A stretch of 36,352 bases of DNA from Octopus bimaculoides (taxonomy: Eukaryota): assembly GCF_001194135.2 (NCBI RefSeq), contig NC_068990.1:52796342-52832693 (forward strand), given 5' to 3'. Positions 21,243 through 32,244 of the stretch are shown one piece after another. The stretch's first letter is position 1. Every line of letters begins with the position of its first letter. A program made the translations under genes and the position numbers. A model generated the notes under the pieces. The model was not told where the DNA came from and did no database searches. It saw only the letters and a program-made list of their open reading frames with translations.

Positions 21243-23400
21243 CTTTTTGTTTCAATTTTGTTTCCATTTCTTGCTGGGTGTCTTCCCAGTGCCTAGGGCA
21301 AAGAAACTTACTGTATACATTGGTAGGCCATTAAAATAAACACACCAGATTGTTCATTTACAAAGTAATGTGAGAGAAAAAAAAGGGAAGAAACACAGAG
21401 GGAAGAAGGAAAAAATGAAAAAAGAAAACAGAAAATAAAGGGGAGAAGGAAATAGTGACAATTCTCTTCTCAATACATGTGATGTACCAGTTAACAAAAT
21501 TTTTTGCACTTCCTACATGGATGGTAAGCCAGGGATCATCCTCAAATCATTTTCAGTTCCCTTTTTGATAATTTCAAGTGCTCCTGCAATTACTGGTATT
21601 GTAACCATCTTGAGATGTCACATTTTAAAAATTTCAATCAGCAAATCTTTATAGTTTCTGTTCTTATCAAATACTTTTGTTGAGATATTGTGATCACAAG
21701 GTATGCTCATGTGGATCAATAAACAGATTTTATTGTTTTGGTCTTGAGAAGCTAAAATAAAGCCTTCACTGTCTACTTTTAGCTCTGAGCTCTTAGCCAC
21801 TGATGAGTGTGTTTCTGGTCTACAGCAACTTGTTTGTTATGGGCCACATATTTGCCATGCAGAGGTTTTTGTTCCCACCTATCAGCCAATTGTTCAAATG
21901 CTTTTTGCTTTGCCATTGATTTCATCTTCTTTGTAACAACAGTTGCTGCACTTCCATCATGCTGTTCAATCTGGATATTATGCATGAACTCATTAGTAAA
22001 TTTTTTGCTCTCCTTCATGACAGAATGAAGCTTCTTATGTCTGTTGTGGCTTTTAATGAGTTTTATCATCCAGTTGTTAGATGTTTCAAGATATTCTGCC
22101 AGTTCAATTGTGGTGGTTTTGTAAGAGATTTCAACTTGGATCAAGCCTTGACTCCCTTGGACTCTGGGAAGATAGCAATGATCTGCATTTGCCTTTGGAT
22201 GGTGCATGTTATTGCAAGTCAGCAGCTTATAGATTTTCCTGTCAATCTTCCTTATTTTGCTCATATTCCAGTTCAGGTCATTGAAACTATAAATAACATC
22301 TGGAACTGTTAAGGAATTTATGGCTAACATCTTATGTGCCTTTAACTCGGATTCTAGGATTGCTCAAACCCTCCTGTAACATTCCTTCCTGATCTTCTTT
22401 TTCATGTTTGTATGCTGAATGTCAGAACCCTCATTTATTCTAGGGTATTTGTAAGTTTGTTCCTGCTCAAGTTGTTTTATAACTGTGTCAACATCTAACA
22501 CCACTGAATATGAAGTCTTCAATTTCCCTTTCTGGAAAGTGACCTTGGAACATTTATCAAAACCAAATTCCATCACAATGTCATCACTGAATGCTTTCAC
22601 AGTTCACAATAGACCTTCAAGTTCAATTTTATACCCATATACTGTTCTGTTAAGTTCACTTGTAAGGGGTATTAGGGTTGTGCAGAAAATTAGAGGTGAA
22701 GGTGAGTTATCTTGGAAAATGTTGCAGTTGATATTAATATTGTTTGTGGTCAGTACTCCTTTAGAGTGGTATAATTGGAGATTTATATTCCACACTGACA
22801 TGTTGTACTTCAGGAAGTTTGAAATTACAGGAGAAATTTTGAAGATATAAAGTGATTTCAAGATCCATGAATGTGGTATGCTGTCAAAGGCCTTCTTATA
22901 ATCAATCCATATGAAACTGAAATTTTTGCGTTTGTTATGACAGTTCTCAAGGATCATGTGATTGAGCCCATTGGCACCCTTTTTGTTCAGTGGGGAAAAT
23001 ATTGTTCTGTTCCATAAAGGTATATGTTTTCTTCACGAGGATGGATGTTAAAATTTTATATATGGTAGATTGAGAGGTTATGGGCCAATAGTTTTGGGGA
23101 AATTTAGTTTCATTATTCTTTGGAAGTAGGTAAGTAACACCACATGCTAACCAATCAGTTGTTTTCTTAGGATCTCTCATAATCTCATTGATTAGCTGAA
23201 CTAACTTTTTGTGTGTGCAAGGGAGCAATGCAAGCCAGAAATTTGGCACCCTTTATTTACCAGGAGATTTCCACTTATGAGCCTTCATGAGTGTCGTTCT
23301 TAGGTTTGCTATTGTGATGTCTTCCCATGCTTGTTCTTGTAAATTTTGGTAGGATCCTTCTGTGCATCTAATTCAGTCTGTATTTCATTGTATGTCTTTT
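21243..23400 (-). mobile_element. R4/Dong-clade non-LTR retrotransposon (RT + restriction-like endonuclease), 5'-truncated and decayed
   Basis: HKWKSPG..VPNFWL, TYLLPK, EQKGC, WIDYKKAFDSIPHSW, IFQDNSPSPLIFC, MEFGFDKC, YLPRVQGSQGLI, QKPLHGKY, EGFILASQDQ, MSIPCDHN and TIPVIAGAL. Flanked by (TAT)n-like tracts. Confidence 0.9.
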
Positions 23401-23434
23401 CATCATTTATTATTATATTATTATTATTATTATT

Positions 23435-23650
23435 GAGGCAGTGAGCTGGCAGAATCATTCGCATGCCGGATGAAATGCTTAATGGTATTTTGTCTACTGT
23501 TAGGTTCTGAGTTCAAATTCTGCTGAGGTTGGCTTTGCCTTTTATTCTTTTGGGGTCGATAAATAAAGCATCAGTTGAACACTGGGGTTGATATAATTGA
23601 CCCATCTCCTCCCCCAAAATTGCTGCTCATGTGGGAAAATTTAAAATCAT
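23435..23650 (+). mobile_element. tRNA-derived SINE flanked by (TAT)n and (CAT)n(TAT)n
   Basis: Head gaggcagtgagctggcagaatc..gttctgagttcaaattc (box A/B-like), and core tttgcctttt..ggggtcgataaat..ctggggttgat shared with the copies at 9083-9516 and 24256-24452. Confidence 0.85.
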
Positions 23651-24255
23651 CATCATCATCATCATCATCATTATTATAATTATTATTATTATTATTATTA
23701 TTAATGAGTGAGAATAGCACATGCTATCAAATATATGAAGCCCAATATATCCATCATGAGTATCTGTCTGATAAGGGTACACTAGGCACATGCATCACAA
23801 CCATATTTGCACAGCATGGTGACCTCATGTCAGGATAAACAATGTGTGACCTTACAGATGGGACGCTAGTTAGAATTTTCTTCTGTTCAAGTAACCCACC
23901 TTATTAAAAGGTCCCTGAATAAGGGTTGTTTAAGGATGATGAATGAAACACTCATATTTCCAGAGGGGAATTATTCAAACCCCTAAGAATTCCTCTCAAC
24001 ACATGGCTATGATGCTTTCCTACTACTGCTCATGATCAGAGATGCAGATATTGTCTGCCACTAAGGGACATGCTCAACTGGTTAAGGTCAAGCTAGTGAC
24101 AAGCAAATATGTGGTATTTAACAGAATATTTGTTATAACCCATCTTTTACACCAAGACAAAAACTGTACACGATAACATTTTTAATCAATTAAAATTAGT
24201 ATTTATAAGAGCCACTATCTGGTACTGCATCAGGGCATTGCCACTGCCTGGTACT

Positions 24256-24452
24256 GAATCATTAGCATGCCAGGTGAAATGCTAAGTGGCATTTCATCTG
24301 TTGCTATGTTCAAAGTTGAAATTCTACCAAGTTTGACTTTACCTTTCATCCCATTTGGGGTCAATAAAATAAGTACCAACTGAGCACTGGGGTTGATGTA
24401 ATTGTTTTACCCCTTCCCTGAAATTGCTGCTCTTATGGCAAAATTTGAAACC
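24256..24452 (+). mobile_element. tRNA-derived SINE (5'-clipped), same family as 23435-23650
   Basis: gaatcattagcatgccaggtgaaatgct..ggggtcaataaaataagtacc..aaattgctgctc aligns to 23447-23650. Confidence 0.8.
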
Positions 24453-25972
24453 ATTATTATTATCATTAGTTTTTCGTTGTAGATTGAATTTGATGAATAA
24501 TATCAAAAAGATATATGAGTAGCTTTATGATACATTTTCCCATTAATAAAGTTATCATCATCACTAAATATTTTCCTCTCGAGGCAACATGGCATGTATC
24601 AGCAGAACATCAGTTTCTGCTATTGTGAGCCATATTGGCATCAATTTCTGAGGCTTGTCTTCAGTTTCCAGTTCTAAGCTCTTTCTTTAATTATCTTATC
24701 ACACTTGTAAGACATTACTTTCTTCTATTATTATCCAATCATAAATTTTGGTAAAATGAAGAATTGATCCTTTTGGGAAATTACTCTCTTAAAATTTTGT
24801 CTTCACCTTTTCCCCTTTCTCTTGATAATGACTGAAGTGCTTGGCTTTCACTTTCAAAATATTGATGTGAAACCCACCATTGTTAAAAATTCTTACTAAT
24901 CTTAACATAAGAAAAAAAGAAAACAAAAAAATAAAATATGAGTTGTCATATTTGGTGAAGAACTTTTATATATTTATTTAATCATGAGATGATTGAGTTG
25001 AGTCTTAAATTTACAGTTGCCAGTAGGATTGTAAAACTTCAAAATAAATTGTAACTTCAAAAGCTTTAAAAAATTGAGTAGATGATGCTTTTGTGAAAGC
25101 AAATTGAATAGGTTTCATGTTGTTGAAATCATACCTCAATTGTGTTGATTTATGATAATGTAGGTATCAGTAATATGTAAATATAATTGATTTATAATGC
25201 TTCTGACTTTTACAAATAAATATATAAATTAAAAAAAAACAGCTTATGAATAAAATGTGTGAGCTTATGCCCTATAAATCAGTAAAAGTCTTGGATTAAT
25301 TCATCTAATGCCAACCATTTTGACAAAATGCTAATTTTTTTGTACTTACTTGTAATCTTTAATGCTGCAAAGAACTTATCTCTTTGGAATGGTCAGCTCA
25401 ATTTACTGGTTCAATGCTTTCTTTTTGAAACTGTTTTAATTTAATCAACTACAAAAAGGAAAATAAACATCCATAGTGTTATACCATTCCCAACTAGCAC
25501 TAAGCATTATTTTCTCTCTTCCATATGACTAAGTTGATATCTGCCTCTATTCCTACTAATGTCCATCTCTGTTGTTCATTCTCCATTATTTACTCTCTCC
25601 TACATTGACACATCTTTATTGCCGGGCTACATAGTGATCAAATTGATTTCTGTTCCACTTGCTACCATAACCAACATGTAGTTATCAGTGTCTCTATTAC
25701 ATTACTCCCTCCTCTACTTTTTTGTCACTGTTCTCCTTTCACATTTTCAGTTGTGCTGACCTTAAAAATTTTTTTTTAAATGAAGATTATGTAGTATTCT
25801 AGTTTTATAAGGGACAAAGTAACCTCTCTAGTGTTGGTATACAATAAAATCATCTAGTAGAATCTGTGTAATGGCTGACAGTTGCATAGAGAAAGCATAG
25901 GGTAGAAAGAACTTTAGTTGCATTAAGGATATGATGACCTATCTAGAGCTCTCCCCTCTCCCCCACCTCTTG

Positions 25973-26510
25973 TATGAGAGGGTACCTAAAAGAAACTGGA
26001 ATTTTGCTATATTATTTTATTCACTTAGTTTTACATATTTACACTTATATTGCCAAAGTATTCTCTATTTGAAGCAGTGCATCGGTACAGGTGTGTTTTC
26101 CACTACACGAAGCAGTGCTGTAACTCTTGCGAAGTGATGCCTTTTAATGCATCTGTCATTTTTTTCACCTCTTCCACATGTTGCAAATTCCGTAGCACCA
26201 GCTTTCATCACCATTGATGACCTTTGGAAAAAACTCCAGATCAACTTCCACCTGTCCTTTCAGTTCATGATATGCATTCGGTTGTGACTGCTTTTGATCT
26301 TCTGTGAGCAAGCGAGGCACAAATTTTGCTGCAGCCCTTTTCATTCACAATTTCTCGCTCAAAATTCATTGGCAGGAACTCCAGGACACACCAGTCAGAT
26401 TGACAAGTTCATCAATTGTTTTGGCAATGGTCCTCCAAGATCAGTTCATGAATTTTCATTTGTTCAGGGGGTTGACGGTTGTTCTAAATGAGGTTGGTCT
26501 ACAAATGACA
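25973..26510 (-). mobile_element. Internally deleted mariner element with one TIR-like end
   Basis: KIHELILEDHCQTIDELVNLTGVSWSSCQ*ILSEKL*MKRAAAKFVPRLLTEDQK..KVINGDESWCYG is joined directly to C-terminal HVEEVKKMTDALKGITSQELQHCF..WKTHLYRCTASNREYF. TA plus TIR-like tgagagggtacctaaaagaaactggaat at 25973. Confidence 0.85.
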
Positions 26511-27615
26511 AGTTTATTCATTTATATATTTTATGGGTTGGAAACATTGTTTTCATGATCTTTAAGATTTCAGAAGTTTATATGTTTGGTCTATAAAATT
26601 GAATTTTTCATGGTGTTTATGTTTAAACAGTCAATACTTATATCATTAAAGTAAGACATCTCATGAAAAGTATAGTCTTTCAATAAGAAAGTCAAAATAA
26701 AACCTGAAAATTTTGTGATATCTTTTTCATCTTTTATCATATAATGATTTTTATGTTTTATCAGTCAATGAACTTGTGTATTTTCTTTTAGAGAAAATAT
26801 AATGCAAGTTCAGTCAATACATTTTATCTTATATTTTTATGCCACTTCCTTCTGTTACTCTTCCATGGCTAGTTTATTTGAGTTCAGTCTATTACTACTG
26901 TCACAACAATTAATGATTGCAAAATTTAGTTACCGGCACTAAACAATGCAGAAGCTGAAATGTTCTATTGACATTCAACTGAAAAGATCAGTGTGCTTAA
27001 TCTGGTCTTTGGCCAATGTACCATCTTTTCTGTAAGAAAAATAAAAAGCAGCATACTTTTTGGAAGTTGTTAAATTTATTTGTCAACTTGTCAAACTAAA
27101 TCAGCAAGCCTTCTAAGTATTCACCACTGGCATCAGAGAAATACTTTTTCCAGAAAGTTTACATTTGAATTCGTGAATGAAACCAATGTGTAGTTATTTT
27201 CTTCTCTGACCTCAATTATCATTTTACAATTGTTGTAAAAGCTGAGTGTTTTGTGACTGGAACACTCAGAACCTCATTAGGATTGTGAAGTCTTAAGAAT
27301 ACTGGATTATTTCAGTTGTATTATCTTTTCAAGACAAGTATCGGATTGTGGACAACTGGCACAATAGTATTAAATACCCCTAGTACTTGAGGAGATTGGT
27401 GGTAATCAGTATTTATATTAATCTATATAGTAACTATCAATAAATGTGTTATTGTCCTACTTTTAAATGTTAAATCAATAATGCTATGCAAATCTTCATC
27501 AGCATTCTCTTTAACTAATTCAACAATCTATTTTACCAAACCTACATTGCTACTTTACTAAACGATGTCTTCAGTTTGATCAAATTTTCATGTCTCATAT
27601 TTTTATAACTCTTAG

Positions 27616-27709
27616 AACATAGATGATAATGTTAATAGCCTGCAGTCACGGGATTTATTGATGTTTGTCATGAGATGTAACCTGAAAGAAAGCCAGCACA
27701 AAGAGAAGG
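27616..27709 (+). CDS. Candidate 94-nt internal exon of an unidentified host gene
   Basis: Acceptor tttttataactcttag and strong donor AAGG|gtaagc. Only frame 0 is open: NIDDNVNSLQSRDLLMFVMRCNLKESQHKEK(G). No homology recognised. Confidence 0.3.
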
Positions 27710-27937
27710 GTAAGCGGAGAGAAGGGGATGCAGAGAACCCCAGAAATGAGGTCGTGTCATACAATTTTAAGGTCATTTTCACTTTCATCCCATGTTTCGC
27801 ACACACGTAGAATTAGACATTATCTTTCTCTTTCGATCTCTCATAATGTACAGAGACTTTATGCTGCCAATATATTACAACTTTACTATATTTCCTTCTT
27901 TTGAAATTAGAAATGTATGCAAAAATAACTCCCTTTG

Positions 27938-28005
27938 GCGCGCGTGCACACACACACATGCACGCACGCACGCGCGCACGCACACACACACACACACACA
28001 CACAC
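27938..28005. repeat. (CA)n/(CG)n alternating purine-pyrimidine microsatellite
   Basis: gcgcgcgtgcacacacacacatgcacgcacgcacgcgcgcacgcacacac... Confidence 0.95.
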
Positions 28006-28541
28006 TTGTTAAAAATGGTGGAGTTTATTATTGTATCTTTCAATATATCTTGTGTCTGTTTCAAGCCTTCAAGTGCTGCTTCTCCTTCTTAGGTTTCTTG
28101 TTGTTTTGAAGCACATTTCATCTCCAATTCACTGTTTGAAATAACTGAAGATTTCCATGTCTATTTCAACTATTGTCCTTCCTCATTCATTCACTTTCTT
28201 TCATTATTTCTTTATCTTTTTTCTCCCAAACAGAATCTGTCCCTGCTTCTTTTTATTTCTTAAACATTTGCAACTGCATATTGATATCATACACAAATCT
28301 CTCTCTCTCTTCCCTGTTATTTTATATGTTACTGTTCTAATTTAATCTTGCCGTTGTAGAGATCTCTTTCTCCATCCCACCTCTTCCTTTATCACTTCAG
28401 TTATCACTCTACTCTCCTCTATTTCATCAATTGCTTCTCATGTTTGCTGGATGTCTGCTGACTGTCTCTCTCACCTTGGCTACTACTTTCTTTTCCCTCC
28501 TTCCCATAATGTGATAGAAAAAAAAAAAAGAAAAAAAGAGA

Positions 28542-28554
28542 ACACATGCACGCG

Positions 28555-28598
<44 letters not shown>

Positions 28599-28602
28599 CA
28601 CA
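28542..28602. repeat. (CA)n microsatellite
   Basis: Direct observation. Confidence 0.95.
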
Positions 28603-30007
28603 ATCACACAATAAGAAATATTGGTTTCTATTACACAAACAGAATGTAGGTTTCTTTCAGTAGAGATAATATTTAAATGTATGTTCATGTGATGTCAACA
28701 TTCATTAAAAATTTTAATAGTTAAGAACAAACTTCGTTTATTTATTATCCAATAGCATGTCTGAACATAATCTTTGATCAATGATGGTAAGTTAACATCA
28801 AAGATATGTAAAATTTTATTCTTTAGATCCAAAGCCTGTATTGAAGCGGTGTTCAATTAATATTACTCTTCAAGACTGTAGCTTTGAGAACAAGTGCTCT
28901 ATCAAACACCTTGATAGTTTGACGTTATCCTTGAATTAATTCATTCAAATTCAAGTTTACAAAGACTCTACTGGCTCCTTTTATCACACACAAAGAATAT
29001 TTTCTTTTTTTTTTTTGTACTATTTAGGTTCAGTTATTTCTCTCTCTTTTTTCTCTCTCAATCTCCCTCCATTATCTTTATAAAATTTTGATTACACATT
29101 TATTCCTGATTCACTTCTTCAAAAACTGTACATCAATTTATTAGTGCAAATTAACCAATTTTAATTTTTGTAACATTTTAATATTACACATATATTACTT
29201 GTTTTAACAATCAGTTAAGTGAACTGATCTCCTCTGGTTTATTAGTGTTTTATTTAATGAGTCAGGAAAGATGAATCTCAGATGATTAAGAAATTTCACA
29301 AAAATGTATTATTTCATATGTGCTTTTGTTTAGTTAGTCAAGGTAGTTATCATTTGAAATTTTATAGATTGTATATTTTCTTTTTCTGTAATTGTTCTCA
29401 TGTAGAACTGGGTAGATAATGTTATTCTTTGATCAACATTTAGTTAAATAGTTGGTCTTTATTAAGAGTAGTAGAGAAAACAACAGGAGCACTGTTAATA
29501 GTGAATCATGAGAGATATTTAAGTTACTCTCTGAAATCCTATTTCTGGGTCTATTTCTGAAACACTACCTAGAGTTTTTACCTTAGCTGTCTTGACTACA
29601 AGGCAATAAGTTCTGTAAGAATTCAACTGGATCAGCAACTTGATCCACAAGATTTAGAGATGAAGTTCATATAATGGATTTGTCAGGGGAATCCACCTGG
29701 GATTCTTACATAACCTAATCACTACACAAAGGTATAATGATTATTGCATTCAAATGCCACCCAAATCTTAAACGTACCCAGTTGAAATGTGCTTTGAACT
29801 TTCCAAAGAGTAAAATTGTGAAGCTCAATTAGGAGTCTTCTGAATAGTGTCTTCCAAAACTCATGATGTGGTTGATGTTTTTAGATAATAGAACAGTAGA
29901 GTCCATGAAAACTTGTAATGTTCTGCATTGCTAAATCTCTCTATAATGAGGACTGATTTGTATTTATGTTCTGCCATCTATTAAAAAATAGCATGTGATT
30001 TGGCTTG

Positions 30008-30135
30008 TGGCAGAAATATTACATATTACATAGATTATTAAATGTCACCCATGTTTTGGTAATGTCTCTGTTGGCAGAAATATTACATATTACATAGATT
30101 ATTAAATGTCACCCATGTTTTGGTTATGTCTCTGT
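30008..30135. repeat. 64-bp tandem duplication
   Basis: Copies at 30008-30071 and 30072-30135 differ at one position (gtaatg versus gttatg). Confidence 0.95.
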
Positions 30136-30940
30136 TCCGTATATTTCTTGAAAGGAATGGAAAGAATTAAGAAAGGAGTTGAAACATTTATGATGAGAAT
30201 TAATCTGTCATTAAATAACAATCCTTTCATGAGTAAATGGCCAGCAGCAAGTCACAAGGACTTCATCAGCAACTGAATGTTGTTTTAAGTAGGGTATAAA
30301 AAAGGAACAGTTATAAAATACTGATGAATAATGATAGGAAATAGGAGAAATCTTTATGGAACTTGATGTTTTAACACTGAATATTGTGATAAAGAACTTT
30401 TGGAATAATGATAATTGAAAATCTGTTGAAGTTTTATAAATATCGTAATCTGTCTCTGTAAATATAGTACTCACATTTTTAATTAAATTTCCTTAAACCA
30501 TTCTGTGACCCATTAAAATAAAATTAAAGTAAAAAAAAACAAAAAAAACCTATCATTTTTAATGGTACAAATAGCTATGTGCTTATATTATCTTTACCCA
30601 TCATTTTTAATTAGTGGCATGTTCTGTTACATTCATGAAAACTGCCCTTCTCATTCTAGCATGAAAAGCAGATGTAAAATGGTGACTGTAATAGTTTACT
30701 GTTAAAAATAAAGTGTAGAGTTCTTTGGTAAGGAATTTATCAGTGGTTTGACCTGTTGTTTTGAATGGGTCTACCATAGATCATTGAATACAATTAATAA
30801 AACTATTGGTTTCTTTATGACACAGGTTCACTGGTAATACAAAATATATTTTATATACTAGGTGTGTTGCCTTTTATCTTGTAGTAATAATAATAATAGT
30901 AATAATAATTTGGCAGTGCCACCTCTAGCCGAACAATTAT

Positions 30941-30985
30941 TCTGTGCTGATGAAGGGAAATAACCCGGAAATCACAATACACAGA
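30941..30985 (+). ncRNA. Minimal type I hammerhead ribozyme motif (unit 1)
   Basis: TCTGTG CTGATGA A GGG-AAATAA-CCC G GAA ATCACAAT A CACAGA. Stem I 6 bp, stem II 3 bp, stem III 2 bp, cleavage triplet AUA. Confidence 0.72.
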
Positions 30986-31293
30986 TATTCTTTTGAGCTG
31001 CATGGGTGTGCTAGATTCCCTTGTTCGAAAATATAAGGACATAGATCGTATCGTATAGCCAGCTGGAGACGATGTCTCCTGGGGCTAAATTACAGCAGCA
31101 TTCATCCTAAGCCAGGACTGCCATGTCATGTTGGCAAACAGTCTTTACTCCAAAGTACTGTTGCTGAATATCTCACATTGTGAGATTTAAAAATAGCAAT
31201 TTTCTAATTTATAGATCAGTGACTAGTTGTCACTTTGCAAACTATATATTTTGAATGAGAATTTGGCAGTGCCACCTCTAGCCAAACAATTAT

Positions 31294-31338
31294 TCTGTGT
31301 TGATGAAGGGAAATAATCCGGAAATCGTGATACATAGA
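31294..31338 (+). ncRNA. Minimal type I hammerhead ribozyme motif (unit 2, core C3 mutated to U)
   Basis: TCTGTG TTGATGA A GGG-AAATAA-TCC G GAA ATCGTGAT A CATAGA. Same geometry as unit 1, with G-U substitutions in the stems. Confidence 0.55.
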
Positions 31339-32193
31339 TATTGTTTTGAGCTGTATGGGGGGGTGCTAGATTCCCTTGTTCGAAAATATAAGGACACAGA
31401 TTGTGTCGTACAGCCAGCTGGAGATGATGTCTCCTGGGGCTAAATTACAGCAACATTCATCCAAAACCAGGACTGTCATGTTATGTTGGCAAACAATCTT
31501 TACTACAGTAATAATAATGTTTATATCACTGAGGAAGTAGCTGCAAGGCTTGAAATGACTTGTACTATTCTTATGATGTTATCTCGATAGTAGTGTATGA
31601 CACTGCAGTGTATCAGGTTCTGAGTCATGAATGTATACCAGATGTATATGAAAATACTTATTTACTATTGTCACTTAGAGGGTGTAATTAATATATACAC
31701 ACACGTGTGTGTAGGGTGGGAGAACACCAAGAAATATTGAAGTGTGCCAAGTGGTCTCTGAGAATTCAGCTGCACACAGATACCAAGCAACTGATTACAA
31801 ATTGTGCTAGCTGGGTCATGTAGTCTGGTTTCCTGTTAACCAAAGACTTGATTTCTATCAGCTGAGGATGTCACTGTTTGAGAAAAACCATATCAGTGGG
31901 TAATTAACACAGTATAAAATCCTTGGCTCATTAGCCTTAGTTTGTTGGTGCTTGTCTTCTTCAAAACTGAATCTATCATCTCACTTCAGTTTCTCTACTA
32001 TTCTCTCTTCCATTTTATTTCCTTGTCTACTTTTCTCATCATTCTGATAGTGAGCAAGATAAACTCAATCATGACAGTGAAACCATAAGTATGTCACTAG
32101 ATGCATCATTGTTAATTATGATGATGATAATATCTCGCTACTGAAATGTTGTTCAATTACAGTACTCTGTGTGTGTGTGTGTGTGTGTATATA

Positions 32194-32224
<31 letters not shown>

Positions 32225-32244
32225 ATGTATGTCTGTATGTCTGT

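Larger units (their letters stand above)
30907..31503 (+). mobile_element. Hammerhead-containing partial tandem repeat, 353-bp unit (retrozyme / Penelope pLTR-like), element B
   Basis: Unit 1 is 30907-31259 and partial unit 2 is 31260-31503 (offset 353). Each carries a hammerhead motif. Flanked by (TAA)n-like tracts; no ORF. Confidence 0.85.

Noticed and set aside
23704-24185. Sequence that looks like a common cephalopod interspersed repeat
   Set aside because: Recognition is from memory only; there is no second copy or coding motif in the window to support a class.
26934-27029. Minus-strand 96-nt segment with strong splice signals
   Set aside because: Stop codons in all three frames; a non-coding exon cannot be supported without transcript data.
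30250-30269. Minus-strand CTGATGA followed by an AGTC/GACT stem
   Set aside because: No GAAA after stem II and no stem I or III; probably a chance match.
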